The position numbers and the translations under genes are program-made. 18,934 nucleotides of DNA. Source: Candidatus Hydrogenedentota bacterium. GTDB lineage: Bacteria; Hydrogenedentota; Hydrogenedentia; Hydrogenedentales; JAEUWI01. The notes beneath the pieces were generated by a model. It worked only from the letters and a program-made list of their open reading frames with translations, searched no databases and was not told the DNA's origin. Positions 16,686-18,934 of this stretch are shown in pieces. How positions within the stretch are numbered: position 1 is the stretch's first letter; each line of letters begins with the position of its first letter. The stretch lies in NCBI GenBank assembly GCA_034669905.1, contig JAXMOL010000080.1, positions 1 to 18,934 of the forward strand, given 5' to 3'.

Positions 16686-17272
16686 GTATGCCGTATACGA
16701 CCGAAGTCCGGCCCGACACAGGACTCTACAATGCGAAGTTGGGTATGTGGCTGTTTCTGGCAGCCGAAGCCATGTTCTTCGGCGCCCTCTTCTCCAGCTA
16801 CGCCTTCCTGCGCACCGCGTCGGAAAGCTGGCCCGTGGGATCAGAGGTTCTGCCGGTCGGCGTGGGCGTCGTTACGTCCATTGCCGTGATTCTCGCGGGA
16901 TTGTTTATTGCCCGTGGCTGGAGCGATCTGGCCAAGCCCGACCGGGGGCGCCATGCCACCTGGATGTGGGCCACGATTGTGGCGGGTGTGGCCGTTATCA
17001 TCGGCATCGTGGTGGACCACCGCATTGAAGCCGGCCAGGGGATGGTCGCTGCGACCAATACCTTCTATGCCTGCTGGTACCTCATCACCGGGGCCCTGTG
17101 CGCCCATGTGGTGGTGGCGGTGGCCTACACCCTGTACCTTGGCTTGCCGGGCTCCGACATGCGGCGTAACGATCCGGTGCGCTACCGCAACCGGGTGGAA
17201 TGCCTCGGGCTCTTCTGGCAGTTTCTGGTCCTTACCTGGCTCGCGACCTTCGCGTGCTTCTACGTGTTTTAG
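16682..17272 (+). CDS. ctaE: Heme-copper oxidase subunit III (short CyoC/CtaE-like form)
   Basis: GMWLFLAAEAMFFGALF, FYACWYLITG and GLFWQFL; about five TM segments. ATGA start/stop overlap with subunit I at 16682-16685. Confidence 0.85.
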   Translation: MSMPYTTEVRPDTGLYNAKLGMWLFLAAEAMFFGALFSSYAFLRTASESWPVGSEVLPVGVGVVTSIAVILAGLFIARGWSDLAKPDRGRHATWMWATIVAGVAVIIGIVVDHRIEAGQGMVAATNTFYACWYLITGALCAHVVVAVAYTLYLGLPGSDMRRNDPVRYRNRVECLGLFWQFLVLTWLATFACFYVF

Positions 17273-17280
17273 GAGGTACT

Positions 17281-17487
17281 ATGTCGCTCAAATCTTTTCA
17301 CCTCTTCGTAGGGCTGCTCTCGGTTGTCGGGTGCTGCGCCTATGGCATGTGGTCTATCCTTTCTTTTCTGCGCGACGGCGACGTGACCCGCTTGCTCGTT
17401 GCGGTGCCCCTGTTGGCATTGGCCCTGGCACTCATCATGAACAGCGTCATCTTCTATAAACACACGGAGCAAGAACCATGGCTATGA
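17281..17487 (+). CDS. Small two-TM membrane protein (68 aa) in the oxidase operon
   Basis: AGGAGG RBS then ATG 17281 (MSLKSFHLFV...). Two hydrophobic segments. Stop overlaps the next ATG (ATGA at 17484-17487). Confidence 0.75.
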   Translation: MSLKSFHLFVGLLSVVGCCAYGMWSILSFLRDGDVTRLLVAVPLLALALALIMNSVIFYKHTEQEPWL

Positions 17488-17777
17488 AGTATCTCACCGC
17501 CATCGGATTCGCTTTCCTGGCCCAGGGAGCCCTGGCCTGTGCGACCTGTTCCGGTCCGGCGGACGCGCCTCAGACCCTGGGGATGAATGCCGCCATACTG
17601 ACCCTCTTCGGCGTCTTCTGTGTGGTTGGATTGACCATCGCCAGTTTTATTGGCCTCATCGCCTTACGCGTCATGCGTCAAAATCGGGCGGATGCTCCGG
17701 AACAGGTCAGAGGGAGCGAGTCGCTTGCCCCTGCAGCCGATGTCCTGTCTGGCAGCCCCATGATGTTGGAGTCCTGA
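17484..17777 (+). CDS. Small exported, membrane-anchored protein with a CxxC motif
   Basis: Signal peptide MKYLTAIGFAFLAQGALA, then CATC, then one TM helix. Translationally coupled; ATG 17478 is an alternative start. Confidence 0.75.
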   Translation: MKYLTAIGFAFLAQGALACATCSGPADAPQTLGMNAAILTLFGVFCVVGLTIASFIGLIALRVMRQNRADAPEQVRGSESLAPAADVLSGSPMMLES

Positions 17778-17781
17778 AACG

Positions 17782-18603
17782 ATGTCTATTTATCCATTCA
17801 GCTACTTTCCCGCCCTCGCGTCGGAGCACGGTGCGACCATCGACCGCCTGATGATTCTCGTCTGTGTCTTTATGACGCTGATTTTTCTCGGGTGGCTCGT
17901 CTTCTTCATCTACACTCTGTTGCGCTTTCGCGGCAGCAAACAACCCACCGCACAGGCGGAGAGCATTAAGGGCCGCTGGGTCTATGGCCTGGCCGTCGGC
18001 ATTCTCCTCGTGGAACTCTTTATTCACGTCGGATTGGGCGGCGGTACGGGTGCGGCACAACTGAGTGCCATCAGCCCCACGGAAGAAACCGTGCAGGTCC
18101 GGGTCGTGGCCCAGCAGTTCGCCTGGAACATTCACTATCCCGGCGCCGACGGCATCTTTGGTACTACGTCCCCCGAATTCTTCAATGACCAGACGAACCC
18201 CGTGGGCATTGATCCCGATGACGAACACGGTAAAGATGACATCGTCACCTTCAAGCAACTCTTTCTCCCGGTGGATAAGCCGGTGCGCATTGAGCTGACT
18301 TCAAAGGACGTGATTCACAGCTTTTTCCTGCCGGAGTTTCGCATCAAGCAAGATGTGATTCCCGGCATGGAAATTCCCGTGACCTTCGTGCCCACCATGA
18401 CGACCGATCAGTTTCGGGAGTTGAAGGGTGACGAGACCCGTGATTTTGAAATCGCCTGCGCCCAGCTCTGTGGGATTACCCACTACACCATGAAGGGCAT
18501 GGTGCGTATCCTCGACCAGGAAGGCTTTGACGCCTGGCTCGTCGAAAAGGCTCCCAAAGAAGGCGGCGATGAAGACGATTTCTGGGGGACGGACGACTTT
18601 TAG
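17782..18603 (+). CDS. ctaC: Cytochrome c oxidase subunit II (CuA)
   Basis: Two TM helices, VVAQQFAWNIHYPG, TSKDVIHSFFLP, KQDVIPG and the CuA motif CAQLCGITHYTM. No fused CxxCH domain. Confidence 0.93.
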   Translation: MSIYPFSYFPALASEHGATIDRLMILVCVFMTLIFLGWLVFFIYTLLRFRGSKQPTAQAESIKGRWVYGLAVGILLVELFIHVGLGGGTGAAQLSAISPTEETVQVRVVAQQFAWNIHYPGADGIFGTTSPEFFNDQTNPVGIDPDDEHGKDDIVTFKQLFLPVDKPVRIELTSKDVIHSFFLPEFRIKQDVIPGMEIPVTFVPTMTTDQFRELKGDETRDFEIACAQLCGITHYTMKGMVRILDQEGFDAWLVEKAPKEGGDEDDFWGTDDF

Positions 18604-18622
18604 TCGCAACGAGTAATTCAAC

Positions 18623-18662
18623 GGGACGTGTGGACTGGCTTGGTTCGCACGTCCCTTTTTTT
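18623..18662 (+). terminator. Rho-independent terminator after the oxidase operon
   Basis: GGGACGTGTGGAC (18623-18635) pairs with GTTCGCACGTCCC (18643-18655) with two G-U pairs, followed by seven T. Confidence 0.8.
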
Positions 18663-18689
18663 GTGTGCAGAAGTGGGGCGCTCTTACCC

Positions 18690-18931
18690 AGGGACTGCCT
18701 CGCCCCGGTTCACGGCGCGGTAGTACCTATGGCTATGGACGGTGCATGTCGTGCGGCAGGTGAAACGTCGTCAGCGGGCGTGGCTGTCCCGTCGTTTGGG
18801 AGGTTGGCGGGGAATCCACCCGGCCAACGACAGGACAGCCACCGCCGTCTTCGTCTTCTTGGGTAGGGGACGTTTATCGGTGGGCGACGTAGCGGCTTGA
18901 GTTCCCATAGACGTGGGGCGGGGCAGTCCCT
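18690..18931. repeat. Nested inverted-repeat element (MITE/REP-like or structured RNA)
   Basis: Outer arms AGGGACTGCCTCGCCCC (18690-18706) and GGGGCGGGGCAGTCCCT (18915-18931) are 16/17 complementary. Inner arms GTGGCTGTCC (18780-18789) / GGACAGCCAC (18833-18842) are perfect. Confidence 0.6.
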
Positions 18932-18934
18932 ACG

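Noticed and set aside
18630..18866. 78-aa ORF after subunit II
   Set aside because: It starts within the terminator, overlaps the palindromic element, and has no RBS or motif.
1..18934. CRISPR array, tRNA/rRNA, integron attC sites, transposase or integrase
   Set aside because: I saw no regularly spaced direct repeats, RNA gene signatures or recombinase motifs by eye.

Overview
Bacterial window with two compositionally distinct parts (judged by eye, not computed). The left ~5.4 kb is more AT-rich and looks like a defence or accessory island. It holds a single 832-aa polypeptide fusing a ThiF/E1-like adenylation domain, a JAB/MPN+ isopeptidase and a patatin-like phospholipase, with an apparently disrupted N-terminus. 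Beside it are a convergent ComEC-type metallo-beta-lactamase-fold gene and a wHTH/Panacea-like + DUF488 gene. The GC-rich right part resembles PVC/Hydrogenedentes-type core genome (taxonomy is inference). It encodes an RCK-regulated K+ channel, a secreted glycoside-hydrolase-like protein, a Tat-exported amidohydrolase, a PVC-type CxxCH heme protein, and a heme-copper oxidase operon ordered cupredoxin, subunit I, subunit III, two small membrane proteins, subunit II. Subunit I keeps all metal ligands but lacks the canonical D- and K-proton-channel residues. A nested inverted-repeat element ends the window. The best candidates for novelty are the E1-JAB-patatin/MBL/DUF488 locus and the channel-deficient oxidase.
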